Source: an uncultured Gammaproteobacteria bacterium (GTDB lineage: Bacteria > Patescibacteriota > Microgenomatia > Levybacterales > UBA12049). From it: a stretch of 53,617 nucleotides of DNA. The position numbers were made by a program, and so were the translations under genes. Positions 41,009 to 51,634 of this stretch are shown piece after piece. The stretch covers positions 113,114 through 166,730 of the forward strand of contig CAZFYA010000002.1 in NCBI GenBank assembly GCA_964523705.1. The letters run 5' to 3'. The notes under the pieces are model-generated. The model searched no databases. It was not told where the DNA came from and saw only the letters and a list, made by a program, of their open reading frames with translations. How positions within the stretch are numbered: the stretch's first letter is position 1; each line of letters begins with the position of its first letter.

Positions 41009-41902
41009 ATGCAAGATTATCGATTAATACAACTTGAAGAAATTTCAAGAAAAATTGAAGAAACCAAAACACTACTTAATGATAGTGAAATGGCTGAACT
41101 TGCTAAAAATGAGCTTTCAGAGCTTGAAAAACAAAAAGAGGCTTTAGAGCTAAGCTTAAATATGGGAAAAGAGGAAGAAAACGAAGATGATTTTAACAGT
41201 CGTAATGTCATTTTGGAATTAAAAGGAGCTGCCGGAGGAGAAGAAGCAAAGCTTTGGTCTGAAGAGTTACTTAGAATGTATTCACGTTTTGCCGAAATTA
41301 AAGGCTTTAAAGTAGAACAATTAGATGATAATGTTATAAAAATTGACGGAAAAGGCGCTTTTGAAGTTTTTAAGTACGAAGCAGGTGTTCATAGGGTTCA
41401 GCGAATCCCAACCACTGAAAAAAGAGGAAGGGTTCATACCTCAACTGCAACAGTATCTGTCTTACCAGAGCTTGAAGATATTGACTTACACATCAGCCCA
41501 GATGATATTTCTTTTGAAGCCTTTAGAGCCGGTGGCCATGGCGGACAAAATGTAAATAAGGTTTCAACTGCAGTTAGACTTATTCATAAACCAACCGGAA
41601 TCGTAGTTACCTGCCAAACTCAAAGATTTCAAGCACAAAACAGAGAATTAGCAATGGAAATGCTTAGAGCAAAGCTTTGGGAAATAGAAGTTGAAAAACA
41701 GCAAAGCGAAATATCTTCAATTAGATCAACTCAGGTTGGACGAGGAATGAGAGCTGAAAAAATTAAAACATACAATTTTCCACAAGACAGATTAACAGAT
41801 CATAGAATTAATAAATCATGGCATGGTTTACCAAATATAATGGATGGAAACTTGGAAAAAATTTATAAACAAACAAAAGAAGAACTAGAAAAAGATAATT
41901 AA
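41009..41902 (+). CDS. prfA: Peptide chain release factor 1 (short N-terminal domain)
   Basis: [16 protein letters not shown] (PxT), GGQ, TYNFPQ. Confidence 0.93.
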   Translation: MQDYRLIQLEEISRKIEETKTLLNDSEMAELAKNELSELEKQKEALELSLNMGKEEENEDDFNSRNVILELKGAAGGEEAKLWSEELLRMYSRFAEIKGFKVEQLDDNVIKIDGKGAFEVFKYEAGVHRVQRIPTTEKRGRVHTSTATVSVLPELEDIDLHISPDDISFEAFRAGGHGGQNVNKVSTAVRLIHKPTGIVVTCQTQRFQAQNRELAMEMLRAKLWEIEVEKQQSEISSIRSTQVGRGMRAEKIKTYNFPQDRLTDHRINKSWHGLPNIMDGNLEKIYKQTKEELEKDN

Positions 41903-42598
41903 TTATTTACCTCTATCTCTACAACATCTTTGACATTCCTTAATTAATAACTCTTGAACACCGCTATGCATAAGTCCATTAAAGTTGGGAATTGTTTTAC
42001 CATTATCACAAACTAATCCCAATGTTTCTCTAATGTTTGACCTTGAAGAAATTGAAAAACAATTTACCCTACCATCAAACTCCCGAGAATAATTTAAAAA
42101 GAAAGGAAGCGGAATAAACAACTCACCAACTCCTCCCCCGTCTTCTTCTGCAAGAAAAATTTTTACGCTTGGATCAAGCTCCCATAAATTTCTTACTATT
42201 TTCCCTGACTTATTAATTGCAAAAAATTCAATAAATGCTTTGTATTCAGGTTTTTCTATTTTACAAACACTGGAAATTTTCATTTGTTTTGTTAAATCTT
42301 TAACTACAATTAATGAGGCCATGTTTGAAACTATATTTGATTTTGCTTCTGTTTCAAAATCATTTAAATCACCAAACTTCCAGCTTACTCTTCCAAAATT
42401 TAAGTCATCTTCTTGAAAAGACCTAGGATTTAAAACCCACCAGTTTTTTGAAAATTTTCCACTTGTCTGGTTTGCAATATTTTCTAAACTCACTTTACCT
42501 AATTGAAACTCGGTAACCCTGGTTAATGGATAATGTTCATCTGCTGATAAAAAATGCTCCCTTGGAGTTTTAATCCGTGGTTGAATTTCAATATTCAT
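41903..42598 (-). CDS. Orphan hypothetical protein
   Basis: 231-aa ORF with no recognised motif. Confidence 0.55.
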   Translation of the reverse strand: MNIEIQPRIKTPREHFLSADEHYPLTRVTEFQLGKVSLENIANQTSGKFSKNWWVLNPRSFQEDDLNFGRVSWKFGDLNDFETEAKSNIVSNMASLIVVKDLTKQMKISSVCKIEKPEYKAFIEFFAINKSGKIVRNLWELDPSVKIFLAEEDGGGVGELFIPLPFFLNYSREFDGRVNCFSISSRSNIRETLGLVCDNGKTIPNFNGLMHSGVQELLIKECQRCCRDRGK

Positions 42599-42604
42599 GT
42601 CTAT

Positions 42605-42633
42605 AAAAAAACTGCCATAAAATGGGCAGTTTT
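42605..42633 (-). terminator. Intrinsic terminator after the CPA2 antiporter
   Basis: Minus strand AAAACTGCC-CATTTTAT-GGCAGTTTTTTT. Confidence 0.6.
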
Positions 42634-42675
42634 ACTTAAAACATTAAAGCACAATTCTAATTTTTTAACAACCAA

Positions 42676-44367
42676 CTAATTAATATATACCCAGTCGCTA
42701 AGCTTTAAGGCATTCATTTCATCAAGTTTATCTTCTTTAATAATTTTAGCCATTTGTCTTCCTCCTGCAAGATGGGGCAAAACTACATAGTCAGCACCGG
42801 CATTGTATAAAAGTTTTGCGTCATGAGAATCTAGTGCCATTACAACAATTCTTGCTTTTCTATTTTCATGTTGAAGCTCCTTTAAAAGAATTAAATTATC
42901 CCCAACATCAGGAATGGTTGATATAACTAGCTTTGCTTTGTCTAATTTTGCTCTTTCTTGAATGTCCAAATCTGAAATGTCACCGAAAAGCTGATGAACA
43001 TTTCTGTGTTCAAGTTTTTTTACTACTGAAGGATCAAAATCAATTAGCACAACATCCATTGCTTTTTCCTCTAAAACATCTAAAATTGTCTGCCCCATCT
43101 GATCTCCGCCAATTATTATTATGTGATCTTTTAATTCGTCAAATCCGTCTTTTGCCATTAATACCTGTTCTGTTTTGGTGTGCTTTCTCTCCAAAAAGGA
43201 AAACCAATGTCCAATTTTTACATACAGCCTTTTACCGCCAAGAATTAAATAGGTTGAAGAGACAAAACCAATCATTCCAACTAAGGTAATTATAGAAACT
43301 GTTTCCTTGCTTATATGACCAAGCTTATCTCCCATAAAAACTAAAATTAATGAAAATTCTGAAACCTGGGATAAAGAAATACCTGTTAAAAAAGAAGTTC
43401 TTTTCTTATAGCCCAATAGCCCTAAAACAAGCATTGCAATTAATGGCTTTATAAGAATTATAAAAAGAAGAAAGATAATAATTGGAAAAATAATATTTGA
43501 AATGTTAGCAAAAGACATTTGAAAACCTAAGAGTACAAAAAACATCACAATAAAAAAATCTCTTAAAATTTTTGCTTTAGCAATAATTTGATAATTTGCT
43601 ATTGAATTTGCAAGAGAAAGACCTGCTAGAAATCCTCCAATTTCTATAGAGAATCCAATTAAGGGTGAGCTTACAAATGCAGCAAAACCAAAAACCCAAG
43701 CAATACTTGCTAAAAATAATGTCTCTGAAGACTTGGCAATTATTTCAATCAGTTTTGGGAAAACGCTTTTACTTAAATATATTACTATTGCAAAAAGCAC
43801 TGCTCCTTTTATTAAAACCAGTCCAATTTCCTGCATTGATTGAAGCCCTCCTGTTTTTGGACTAAAACCGGTTAAAAGCATTAAAAAGATTATTGCCAAA
43901 AGATCCTGGGCCAAAAGAATTACCAGGGAAATTTTTCCATATAAGCTGTGCATGTCTTTTTTATCAGACAAAAGCTTAACAATAATAACCGTACTTGAAA
44001 AAGTTAAAGCAATTGCAATATACAAACTGTTAAGAGGTGTAAAATTAAGAAAAGTAGATATTAAATAGCCAGCGGAAAAAGTAAGTAGTATTTGCCCTAA
44101 AGATAAAAGTATTGCATTTTTACCAAGCTGAAATAAATCAGATATTCTAATCTCAAGTCCAATCATAAACAGTAAAAGAGTTATTCCTAGCTGAGACATG
44201 CTATGAAGCGCATCCTGACTACCGATTTGAAGAAGAGCAAGAGGACCAATTAAAACTCCTGTTAAAATATATGCCAGAATTTGAGGTTGTTTTAAAATTT
44301 TAAAAAGAAGAGAAAGAACTGCTGCAAAACAAATTATAATAGTGATATCTAAAAAAATATTTCCCAC
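42676..44367 (-). CDS. CPA2 (KefB/C-like) cation:H+ antiporter with TrkA-N domain
   Basis: FSST, QD, FF..G, QVSEFS, C-terminal RCK domain; GTG start. Confidence 0.9.
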   Translation of the reverse strand: MGNIFLDITIIICFAAVLSLLFKILKQPQILAYILTGVLIGPLALLQIGSQDALHSMSQLGITLLLFMIGLEIRISDLFQLGKNAILLSLGQILLTFSAGYLISTFLNFTPLNSLYIAIALTFSSTVIIVKLLSDKKDMHSLYGKISLVILLAQDLLAIIFLMLLTGFSPKTGGLQSMQEIGLVLIKGAVLFAIVIYLSKSVFPKLIEIIAKSSETLFLASIAWVFGFAAFVSSPLIGFSIEIGGFLAGLSLANSIANYQIIAKAKILRDFFIVMFFVLLGFQMSFANISNIIFPIIIFLLFIILIKPLIAMLVLGLLGYKKRTSFLTGISLSQVSEFSLILVFMGDKLGHISKETVSIITLVGMIGFVSSTYLILGGKRLYVKIGHWFSFLERKHTKTEQVLMAKDGFDELKDHIIIIGGDQMGQTILDVLEEKAMDVVLIDFDPSVVKKLEHRNVHQLFGDISDLDIQERAKLDKAKLVISTIPDVGDNLILLKELQHENRKARIVVMALDSHDAKLLYNAGADYVVLPHLAGGRQMAKIIKEDKLDEMNALKLSDWVYIN

Positions 44368-44476
44368 TATTTATTTATACAATTAAATTTTACCACCAGT
44401 CAATAAACTTAATCTTTGTATTTAATTCTTTTTATAAAATTGGTATACTCAACTGTGTAAAAATAAGAATTTATTT

Positions 44477-45517
44477 ATGAAAAGTTTCGAATTACAAAGC
44501 CCGACAGAATTTATTAAAGATTTTGAAAAAGAAGCAAAAAGGGCAAAAAAAAGAATTTGGATTCAGACAATGTTTTTTGAAACTTGCAAAAGAACTAAGG
44601 TTTTTGAGGAAGTTTTAATAAAAGGTGCAAAAAAAGGGCTTGATATACAAGTGGTAATTGACTGGTCAACAAAAAGAAGTATTGGTACTAAAATTCACTT
44701 CTATCCCCTATTTCCCATTAGAAGACAAAAACGACAAAAATTAAAATTATTTTCAAAGGAAAGCAAGGCAATGTTTAAAAGACTTGAGCAATCTGGCGCA
44801 AAAGTACTTTTTGCAAATCAACCGGGAGTAAATGGAAGTATTATCCCCTTTTTAAGAAGAAATCATTCAAAAATATTTGTTATTGATGATCTTGTTTGGA
44901 CAGGAGGAATTAACTTAAATGATAAGGCGTTTGACAATATTGATTTTATGATTAAATTTAAAAACTCAAAAATATTAAAAGCAATAGAGAAACAGTTTCC
45001 TCAAGTTTATATTAAGAAAGCACAGAACTACTTAATTGATTTGGACGATAATTACCGCTTACTTTACGATAATGGTAAATACAACAAATCAATTATTTAT
45101 AGCTACGCACAGGAAATGGTTAAAAGAGCGAAAAAAGAAATTGTTTTTGTTTCTCAATATGTTCCAGATGGTTCATTACTTGATAAAATAATTGAAAAAG
45201 CAAATGAAAGAGTAAATGTAACAATTATAACTTCACACAAGGAGCATAAGGTTTTTACAAAATTTCCCTATAAACCACTTTATAGAAGATTAAAAGCTAG
45301 AATAAAATATAATCCGTATGTTAAAATCGTACATTGTTCAAAAAAAGTCCATGCAAAATTGTTAATGGTAGATAAAAAAGAGGTAATATTTGGATCTCAT
45401 AATTTCTTTAAACCCATTGTTTTGGTTGGAACACAAGAAATAAGCATACACTCAAAGGATAAAATGCTAATTAAGACACTAAATAACTTTATAAAAAGAA
45501 TTCCAAAAATTAATTAG
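44477..45517 (+). CDS. Phospholipase D superfamily / cardiolipin synthase-like protein
   Basis: Two HKD motifs: HSKIFVID...GGIN and HAKLLMVD...GSHN. Confidence 0.88.
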   Translation: MKSFELQSPTEFIKDFEKEAKRAKKRIWIQTMFFETCKRTKVFEEVLIKGAKKGLDIQVVIDWSTKRSIGTKIHFYPLFPIRRQKRQKLKLFSKESKAMFKRLEQSGAKVLFANQPGVNGSIIPFLRRNHSKIFVIDDLVWTGGINLNDKAFDNIDFMIKFKNSKILKAIEKQFPQVYIKKAQNYLIDLDDNYRLLYDNGKYNKSIIYSYAQEMVKRAKKEIVFVSQYVPDGSLLDKIIEKANERVNVTIITSHKEHKVFTKFPYKPLYRRLKARIKYNPYVKIVHCSKKVHAKLLMVDKKEVIFGSHNFFKPIVLVGTQEISIHSKDKMLIKTLNNFIKRIPKIN

Positions 45518-46463
45518 ATAAATAAACTATCTCTTCTTCCAATTCAATATTAAACTTATCTTTAATTGTCTTTTTAATAAAATCAATTAACTTTTTAACT
45601 TCTTCTGATTTTGCATTTCCCAAATTAATAATAAAATTTGGATGTTTTTCAGAAACTTGAGCATTGCCTATTCTTTTTCCTTTAAGATTAGCAAGATACA
45701 AAAGCTTTGCAACAGGCAGAACTGGAAAAGGATCGTTTTTTATTGACTCTTTAAATTTTTCTTTATTATCCAAAGATAATTTTTCAAAAGGAATATTTTT
45801 AAAGGTACTACCAAGACTTGGAACATCCATTGGATGATTATCTTTTCTATATTTTCTTTTCTCCTCAACTACTTTTTTTATCTCTTCTTGATTTCCTTGT
45901 GATAATTTTAATGCTACTGAAAAAATAAATTCATTTTTTTTCTCCTTTTTATAAATACTATTCCGATAAGAAAAATCACACTCTTTTTTATCTCGAGTTT
46001 TTTCCCCAAGACTTTCTAAATTAATACTTTTTACTTCATAAATTAAATCTTTTGTTTCTTTTCCAAATGCTCCCGCATTTCCTCTTACTGCCCCACCAAT
46101 GGTCCCGGGTAATCCACCTGCCCATTCAAATCCGGTTAATGAGTTTTCCATGCAAAAGTCTAATAATTCTTTTATTAATAATCCTGAACCGGCTATAACT
46201 AAATTATCTTCAAAAACAATTGACTTAATATTATTAAAAATTACTAATCCTAAAAAACCTTCATCATCAATTAAGACATTTGCTCCGCCGCCTAAGATAA
46301 AAATGTCTTTTTGCTCATTTGAAAAGTTTTTAGAAATTTCTCTCCACTTCTTAAGACCCTCAATAAGCTCATCTTTTGATGATATTTCTAAAAAAAATGA
46401 AGCAGCTCCACCAATTTTATAATTTGAATAGTTTTTAAGCGAAACGTTTCTTCTTATTTGCAT
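45510..46463 (-). CDS. murB: UDP-N-acetylmuramate dehydrogenase
   Basis: IGGAA, GGGAN, GLPGTIGGAVRGNAGA, YRNS, GSTFKN, KHPNFIIN. Confidence 0.95.
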   Translation of the reverse strand: MQIRRNVSLKNYSNYKIGGAASFFLEISSKDELIEGLKKWREISKNFSNEQKDIFILGGGANVLIDDEGFLGLVIFNNIKSIVFEDNLVIAGSGLLIKELLDFCMENSLTGFEWAGGLPGTIGGAVRGNAGAFGKETKDLIYEVKSINLESLGEKTRDKKECDFSYRNSIYKKEKKNEFIFSVALKLSQGNQEEIKKVVEEKRKYRKDNHPMDVPSLGSTFKNIPFEKLSLDNKEKFKESIKNDPFPVLPVAKLLYLANLKGKRIGNAQVSEKHPNFIINLGNAKSEEVKKLIDFIKKTIKDKFNIELEEEIVYLSN

Positions 46464-46560
46464 TTCTCTATTTTATAACAATTATTTAAAAATCTCTATT
46501 TAAAAAGAATTTTGGGTTGACACATTCTTTTAGCTATGATATATGATAATAATCAAAAAA

Positions 46561-47352
46561 ATGGGAAAAAATGTAATAGAACAAGATGCATATCGAAGAA
46601 AAGTTCACTTACCAAAAGACTTTTATGAACTTCCTGATCAAATGCGTGAATCGCTAAAAGCAGGTCTTGATCAAGTTGAGGAAATAAAAAGTGTTTTATT
46701 CAAACCAATAACATCTCAACAATTTGTTAAAGATAGCACCTCTCAACTAGAAAGAGATTCCTTAGCATTACTAAGCATTATTAAAGAGCATCAAGTAAAT
46801 GGTTTACCAACTAACGGCCAAAAGCTTCAAAGTTGTAATGAAAAAGCAAGAGACGTTTTAATTGCAAATGGCTATTTATCCTCGATTTTAAGAGATACCA
46901 GAGATTATACTGAACAAACAGTAGAAGATTCGGCAAAAGAAAACCTTGAAAAAACCTTAGGATTTCTTAATATCCACCGTTTGTCAGGCGCTATAAGAGA
47001 AGCGGGCTATAATGCCGGAAATTTTGTTTGCTGGGAATTAATTAAAAAGGAAGAAGGATATGAAGAAAATCCATATTCATACATTATGGATTTTTATAGA
47101 AACGGAGTTGTATCCTTTGGATTTGCCGAATCAGTCGAGGAAAAAATTGATTATTTCATTACCCGTTCATTAATAAAAGAAGGCGATGATGTTTTTAAAG
47201 TCGGAGAGTTTATTTATGAAAAACCAGAGGGAGAAATGGGAGAATTTTTTCATTCTTTTAAAGACTTATCTACCTTAAGTCATCATACTGAACAAGGTTT
47301 TCCTCCTCCGGATTTATCAAGTCCTATTGCTCATCAGAGGAACCAAGGGTAA
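46561..47352 (+). CDS. Orphan hypothetical protein (start 46561 or 46543)
   Basis: Long acidic ORF with TTGACA upstream; overlaps the convergent htrA by 29 bp. Confidence 0.55.
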   Translation: MGKNVIEQDAYRRKVHLPKDFYELPDQMRESLKAGLDQVEEIKSVLFKPITSQQFVKDSTSQLERDSLALLSIIKEHQVNGLPTNGQKLQSCNEKARDVLIANGYLSSILRDTRDYTEQTVEDSAKENLEKTLGFLNIHRLSGAIREAGYNAGNFVCWELIKKEEGYEENPYSYIMDFYRNGVVSFGFAESVEEKIDYFITRSLIKEGDDVFKVGEFIYEKPEGEMGEFFHSFKDLSTLSHHTEQGFPPPDLSSPIAHQRNQG

Positions 47353-48478
47353 TTTCTAAATCTTTTTCCTCGTTTTCTCTCCAAACTGTAATTGAGATTT
47401 TATCCCCTGCTTTTTTTGTAGCAATAAGAGTAGATAATTCATCCTTTTCTCCATCAACTTTTTTACCGTCAAACTCTATAATTACATCTCCTGCTTTAAT
47501 TCCTCCTTTTTCCGCAGGAGAAGAAGAAACTACTGTTTGAATATATGCACCCTGAACTATATCGTTTAATAAAGCTAAGTCTTTATTAACCATTCTATAG
47601 GCAACGCCAAAATAGGCTCTTTCAAATTGACCACTTTCATTAAAGGTTTTTAAAGTGTCTTTAAGAATATTTATTGGCAGTGCAAAACCAATGTTTTGAC
47701 CGCTCAATGCAACTGCTGTATTTATTCCAATTACCTGTCCTGATGAATTAATTAATGGTCCTCCTGAATTACCGCTATTAATAGCAGCGTCTGTTTGGAT
47801 AACATCATCTAATTTTTCAACATATCCTTGGAATTCATTTCCTGCAGTTATTCCTCTTCCAAGACCTGAAATTACACCTGTTGTTACTGTATTTTTAAAT
47901 TCTCCAAGAGCAGTGCCCATAGCAATTACAAATTGACCAACTTCAAGTTTTGAAGAATCCCCAAGCTCTACTGCGATAAGCTTTTCTTCTTTATTTTCTT
48001 CAGGCTTAATTTTTAAAATGGCAATATCGTTTAGAGGGTCTCTATAGATCTTATCAACTTTATATTTCTTATCATTGTTTGTAATTACAGAGTATTTAAC
48101 TGTTGTATCTGATACAACATGTTTACTGGTTATAACCAAGCCATCATTTGAGACAATAAAGCCTGAACCGATATTTTGCGGTTCTCGCTGCTCTTGATTT
48201 AAACCGTAAATCATAAATGGACCTAATTGATAGGAATCATTTTGGGAAGCGTTTTCGTTTGGCTCCTGGACAATTGTAACAACCGATGGTCCAGTTTTTT
48301 TAACTATGTCTATTGTTATTGATTCTTCTGTTGCTATTTTTACTGTTTCTTTTTCAGGTATAAGACTTTCTTCTTTTTGATTTAGATAACCACCAAGTTG
48401 AGGAAAAAGATTAAAAGCAGCACTCCATATGCCCAAAAATACAATTAATATTATTAACAGTGTTATTAATTTTTTCAT
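47324..48478 (-). CDS. htrA: HtrA/DegP serine protease with one PDZ domain
   Basis: GSGFIV, TSKHVV, DIA, QTDAAINSGNSGGPL, PDZ. Confidence 0.93.
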   Translation of the reverse strand: MKKLITLLIILIVFLGIWSAAFNLFPQLGGYLNQKEESLIPEKETVKIATEESITIDIVKKTGPSVVTIVQEPNENASQNDSYQLGPFMIYGLNQEQREPQNIGSGFIVSNDGLVITSKHVVSDTTVKYSVITNNDKKYKVDKIYRDPLNDIAILKIKPEENKEEKLIAVELGDSSKLEVGQFVIAMGTALGEFKNTVTTGVISGLGRGITAGNEFQGYVEKLDDVIQTDAAINSGNSGGPLINSSGQVIGINTAVALSGQNIGFALPINILKDTLKTFNESGQFERAYFGVAYRMVNKDLALLNDIVQGAYIQTVVSSSPAEKGGIKAGDVIIEFDGKKVDGEKDELSTLIATKKAGDKISITVWRENEEKDLEITLGSSDEQ

Positions 48479-48500
48479 TTTTAACCAAATGAGGTGTTAA

Positions 48501-49793
48501 TTATTTTAACAATTCTTCAATTGCTTTTTTAAGCTGTGTATCAATACTTGGATCTTTTTCGTCAAAGCCTACTTTAACATCCGGTTCAAGTCCTACACCA
48601 TTTACCCATGTTCCATTAGGCGTAAGCCATTTAGCAACTGTTACATGAAGCCCTGCTCCGTTTCCTAAATCTTCTGCCTGCTGAATTGTTCCTTTTCCAA
48701 ATGATTTTTCACCAATAAGCAAAACCTGTCTGTTATCTCTTAATGCTCCGGCAACTATTTCTGATGCTGAAGCACTCCCCTCATTTATTAAAACAATTAT
48801 TGGCTTATCTAAAAATAATCCTGTTCTTGTAACTTTTTTTACTACTTTTTCCACTCCTTCTTTTTCCTCTGATACTACGGTTTTTCCTCTTCCTAAAAAT
48901 TCAGAAGCAATAAACACTGCATCGTCTAAATATCCTCCGGGATTATTTCTTAAATCTAAAATTATTCCTTTAAAATCTTTTTCTTGATTAATCTGAAGGC
49001 TTAAATCACTAACAATTAAAGGCCATTCTTTATTAGTGTTATCTCCAAATTGAGAAAGCCTGATATAGGCAACTGATGAATTTTTTGCTAAAGACTCATT
49101 TATTCCTTTTGATTTACTATCTTTTGCAATTCTGATACTATCAATATCTGATACATTTTTAACCCAGCCTGAAACACTTTTTACGGTAATAACATCTCTT
49201 ATTATTTTTATATCATCTGCTTTTTCCTCGTCTTTGTGAATTACTGTTAAGATAACTTCTGTTCCTTTTTCTCCTCTAATTTTTTCAACTGCTTGTGAAG
49301 TAGTCCAACCGGCTGTAGATTCACTATTAACTTTAACAATTGTATCCCCTGCTCTAAGGCCTGCTTTTTCCGCAGGACTACCTGATAAAGGAGCAATAAC
49401 AATTATGTTTTTATCCTTCATCCCCAGTTCTGCTCCAATTCCTGTAAACTGTCCTGCCATTCCCTGTTTAAAATTATCGTTTTGTGTTGGAGGAAGATAA
49501 ACGGTAAAAGGATCTCCAAGGCTTTGCACCATCCCAGAAATTGCCGAATCTACCATTTTTTGAGGATCAAGCTTACTTTTATCATAATAGGCTGCCTCAA
49601 GTTTTTGCCAAGTTAACCAAAATTGGGAAAAATTAACATTTGATAAGTTTTTTGGGGGTTCTTTACTAATAATGCTTAAACTGGGGCTGTAATTTTTCCA
49701 CTCAAAAGACACCTTGTTAATTCCAAAAAAATAGCCAATAAAAAAGGCAATTAAAATAATTAAAACTATTTGAAATCTTTTTACCTTTCTCAT
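48501..49793 (-). CDS. ctpA: S41 C-terminal processing protease
   Basis: PDZ GIG, LDLRNNPGG, SASASE, FGKG. Confidence 0.93.
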   Translation of the reverse strand: MRKVKRFQIVLIILIAFFIGYFFGINKVSFEWKNYSPSLSIISKEPPKNLSNVNFSQFWLTWQKLEAAYYDKSKLDPQKMVDSAISGMVQSLGDPFTVYLPPTQNDNFKQGMAGQFTGIGAELGMKDKNIIVIAPLSGSPAEKAGLRAGDTIVKVNSESTAGWTTSQAVEKIRGEKGTEVILTVIHKDEEKADDIKIIRDVITVKSVSGWVKNVSDIDSIRIAKDSKSKGINESLAKNSSVAYIRLSQFGDNTNKEWPLIVSDLSLQINQEKDFKGIILDLRNNPGGYLDDAVFIASEFLGRGKTVVSEEKEGVEKVVKKVTRTGLFLDKPIIVLINEGSASASEIVAGALRDNRQVLLIGEKSFGKGTIQQAEDLGNGAGLHVTVAKWLTPNGTWVNGVGLEPDVKVGFDEKDPSIDTQLKKAIEELLK

Positions 49794-50551
49794 ACAGGCA
49801 TTATTGCTTTATTTTCTGTTTCTAATAAAATCTCTTTGCCATTAAGTTTTTCAATTTTTTCATAATTTTGTTTGGATACTAGAAAGAAAGCTTTGGAAAG
49901 TTTTTTTTCTAAAACCTGATTTTCTGTTTTAGTCTCATCATTAATTGTTATTACTCCTAATCCTCCGATTGCATAAATCTTAAAAATTGCCGCTAAATCA
50001 AAGGACTTACCCGCTATTATTTTTTCATTAACTTCTTTTTTAATGTCTTCATCTTCTATTTCTTTTTTATCAAGAACTAAAAGTTTTCCCTTTACGCTAT
50101 CTCCACTTGTTTTCTCTGCAATAATTGCCGCCTTTTCGGTTTTTAAAACAATTTTCTCATTATTGCAAAAATCAACCTCTCCATCAACAGGGGAAACAAG
50201 TGGCTCCCCAACTACTTCTTCTTTTACAGAAACCCTAACAAATAAGTCTCCTGTTTCTTCCTCAAGCTTTATTAAAGTACCATCAAATTCACTTATTAAT
50301 TGCTTCTTTCCTATTCCAAGCTTTCCTTTTTTAATTGCAATAACATCTCCCTTACTAACCTTTGAACCTAAGCTTTTCTTAAGAGAATTTAAGGCTTTTT
50401 TAGGTGAAATATTTAAATCTTTGGCAAGATGAATCACTTCATCTTTTCCTGATACTGTCTTTTCAGCCAAAACTTTACCCGCTGTTATTTTTTCACCAAC
50501 AGCAACTTTTGTTTTATATCCTTGTGGAAGAAGTACAGGCAGTAAAGTCAT
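49790..50551 (-). CDS. Hypothetical protein with repeated barrel-sandwich hybrid (biotinyl/lipoyl-like) motifs
   Basis: VAVGEKITAGKVLA, LGSKVSKGDVIA, SEFDGTL, SPVDGEV. Confidence 0.55.
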   Translation of the reverse strand: MTLLPVLLPQGYKTKVAVGEKITAGKVLAEKTVSGKDEVIHLAKDLNISPKKALNSLKKSLGSKVSKGDVIAIKKGKLGIGKKQLISEFDGTLIKLEEETGDLFVRVSVKEEVVGEPLVSPVDGEVDFCNNEKIVLKTEKAAIIAEKTSGDSVKGKLLVLDKKEIEDEDIKKEVNEKIIAGKSFDLAAIFKIYAIGGLGVITINDETKTENQVLEKKLSKAFFLVSKQNYEKIEKLNGKEILLETENKAIMPV

Positions 50552-50558
50552 TTAACTA

Positions 50559-50801
50559 TTATCTAACTATAAAAGGTAATAATGCAAGGTGTCTTGCTTG
50601 TTTTACGCAAACGGTTAAGCGTCTTTGGTGTTTTGCACAAAGACCATTTCTTGATCTAGGGATAATCTTTCCTCTTTCAGTTAAAAATTTTTTAAGAGAA
50701 GCTACATCTAGAAAATTGGGGTCTTTTTTTTCTTCACAATAATAGCATTTCTTTGGTGCAATGTTTTTTTGGATTTTTCTTATTCTTTTTTTCTTTTTCA
50801 T
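50559..50801 (-). CDS. rpsR: 30S ribosomal protein S18
   Basis: [29 protein letters not shown]. Confidence 0.96.
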   Translation of the reverse strand: MKKKKRIRKIQKNIAPKKCYYCEEKKDPNFLDVASLKKFLTERGKIIPRSRNGLCAKHQRRLTVCVKQARHLALLPFIVR

Positions 50802-50807
50802 ATCTTA

Positions 50808-51317
50808 TTAAAAAGGAATATCGTCTGGGATAATCTCTTCTTCATCTTCTTCTTTTTCTTCCTTTTCCTCTTCTTTTTTTGTTTCTTTTTTTACTGGTTT
50901 TTTAACTTCTTTTTTCTTTTCTTTTTCCTCCTCATCGTAAGCTTGTCTTTCAACAACCTCTTCTGATGATTCTCCATCCGGTCTTTTTGAATCTAAAAGA
51001 ATCATGTCTGAAATTACTATTTCCGTTATGGTTTTTTGTGTTCCGTCTTGAGCGTTCCATGATCTAGTGGATAATCTTCCCTCAACAAAGACTTTTCTTC
51101 CTTTAGTTAAAAATTGACTGCAAAGTTCCGCTAGTTTATTCCAGGAAACAATCCTATGAAATTCTGCCTCTTCATGTTTTTCTCCGCCTTCGGTTGTCCA
51201 AGCTCTATTTGTTGCTAAACCAAATGTACAAACGGCTGTACCGCTTGGCGTATACCTTAATTCAGGATCTCTGGTTAAATTACCGATTAATTGAACTCTA
51301 TTTAAACTTCGTGCCAT
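50808..51317 (-). CDS. ssb: Single-stranded DNA-binding protein
   Basis: LNRVQLIGNLTRDPELRYT, VEGRL, C-terminal DDIPF. Confidence 0.96.
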   Translation of the reverse strand: MARSLNRVQLIGNLTRDPELRYTPSGTAVCTFGLATNRAWTTEGGEKHEEAEFHRIVSWNKLAELCSQFLTKGRKVFVEGRLSTRSWNAQDGTQKTITEIVISDMILLDSKRPDGESSEEVVERQAYDEEEKEKKKEVKKPVKKETKKEEEKEEKEEDEEEIIPDDIPF

Positions 51318-51319
51318 AA

Positions 51320-51598
51320 TTATTTATTCCTTAGTAATAAATGCCTTAATATATTTTCCTCTCCTAATAATTTCTTTTCTAAATCCTCTGGAATTATTTC
51401 TTTTGCCTCCATTAACAAACGGACAAAGTGTCCGTTATCTTCTTTTTTAATCTTATAACTTAACAATTTTTGTCCGATTTGTTCTTCCTTAACTATTTTA
51501 AGGTCTTTAAGCCAACCCTTAATAGTATCTAAAGTCTTTTTTCTTTGTGAATCAGAAAGAGAGGTCTTTAATACTAAAACCAATTCATATATTCTCAT
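51320..51598 (-). CDS. rpsF: 30S ribosomal protein S6
   Basis: MRIYEL, G.K.LSY.IKK, ILRHL; rpsF-ssb-rpsR synteny. Confidence 0.92.
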   Translation of the reverse strand: MRIYELVLVLKTSLSDSQRKKTLDTIKGWLKDLKIVKEEQIGQKLLSYKIKKEDNGHFVRLLMEAKEIIPEDLEKKLLGEENILRHLLLRNK

Positions 51599-51605
51599 GC
51601 AGTTT

Positions 51606-51634
51606 ATTCTACCTATTAAGCACTAAAAAAGCAA
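51606..51634 (-). promoter_or_regulatory. Leaderless promoter of rpsF
   Basis: Minus strand TTGCTT-17bp-TAGAAT, 7 nt before ATG. Confidence 0.6.
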
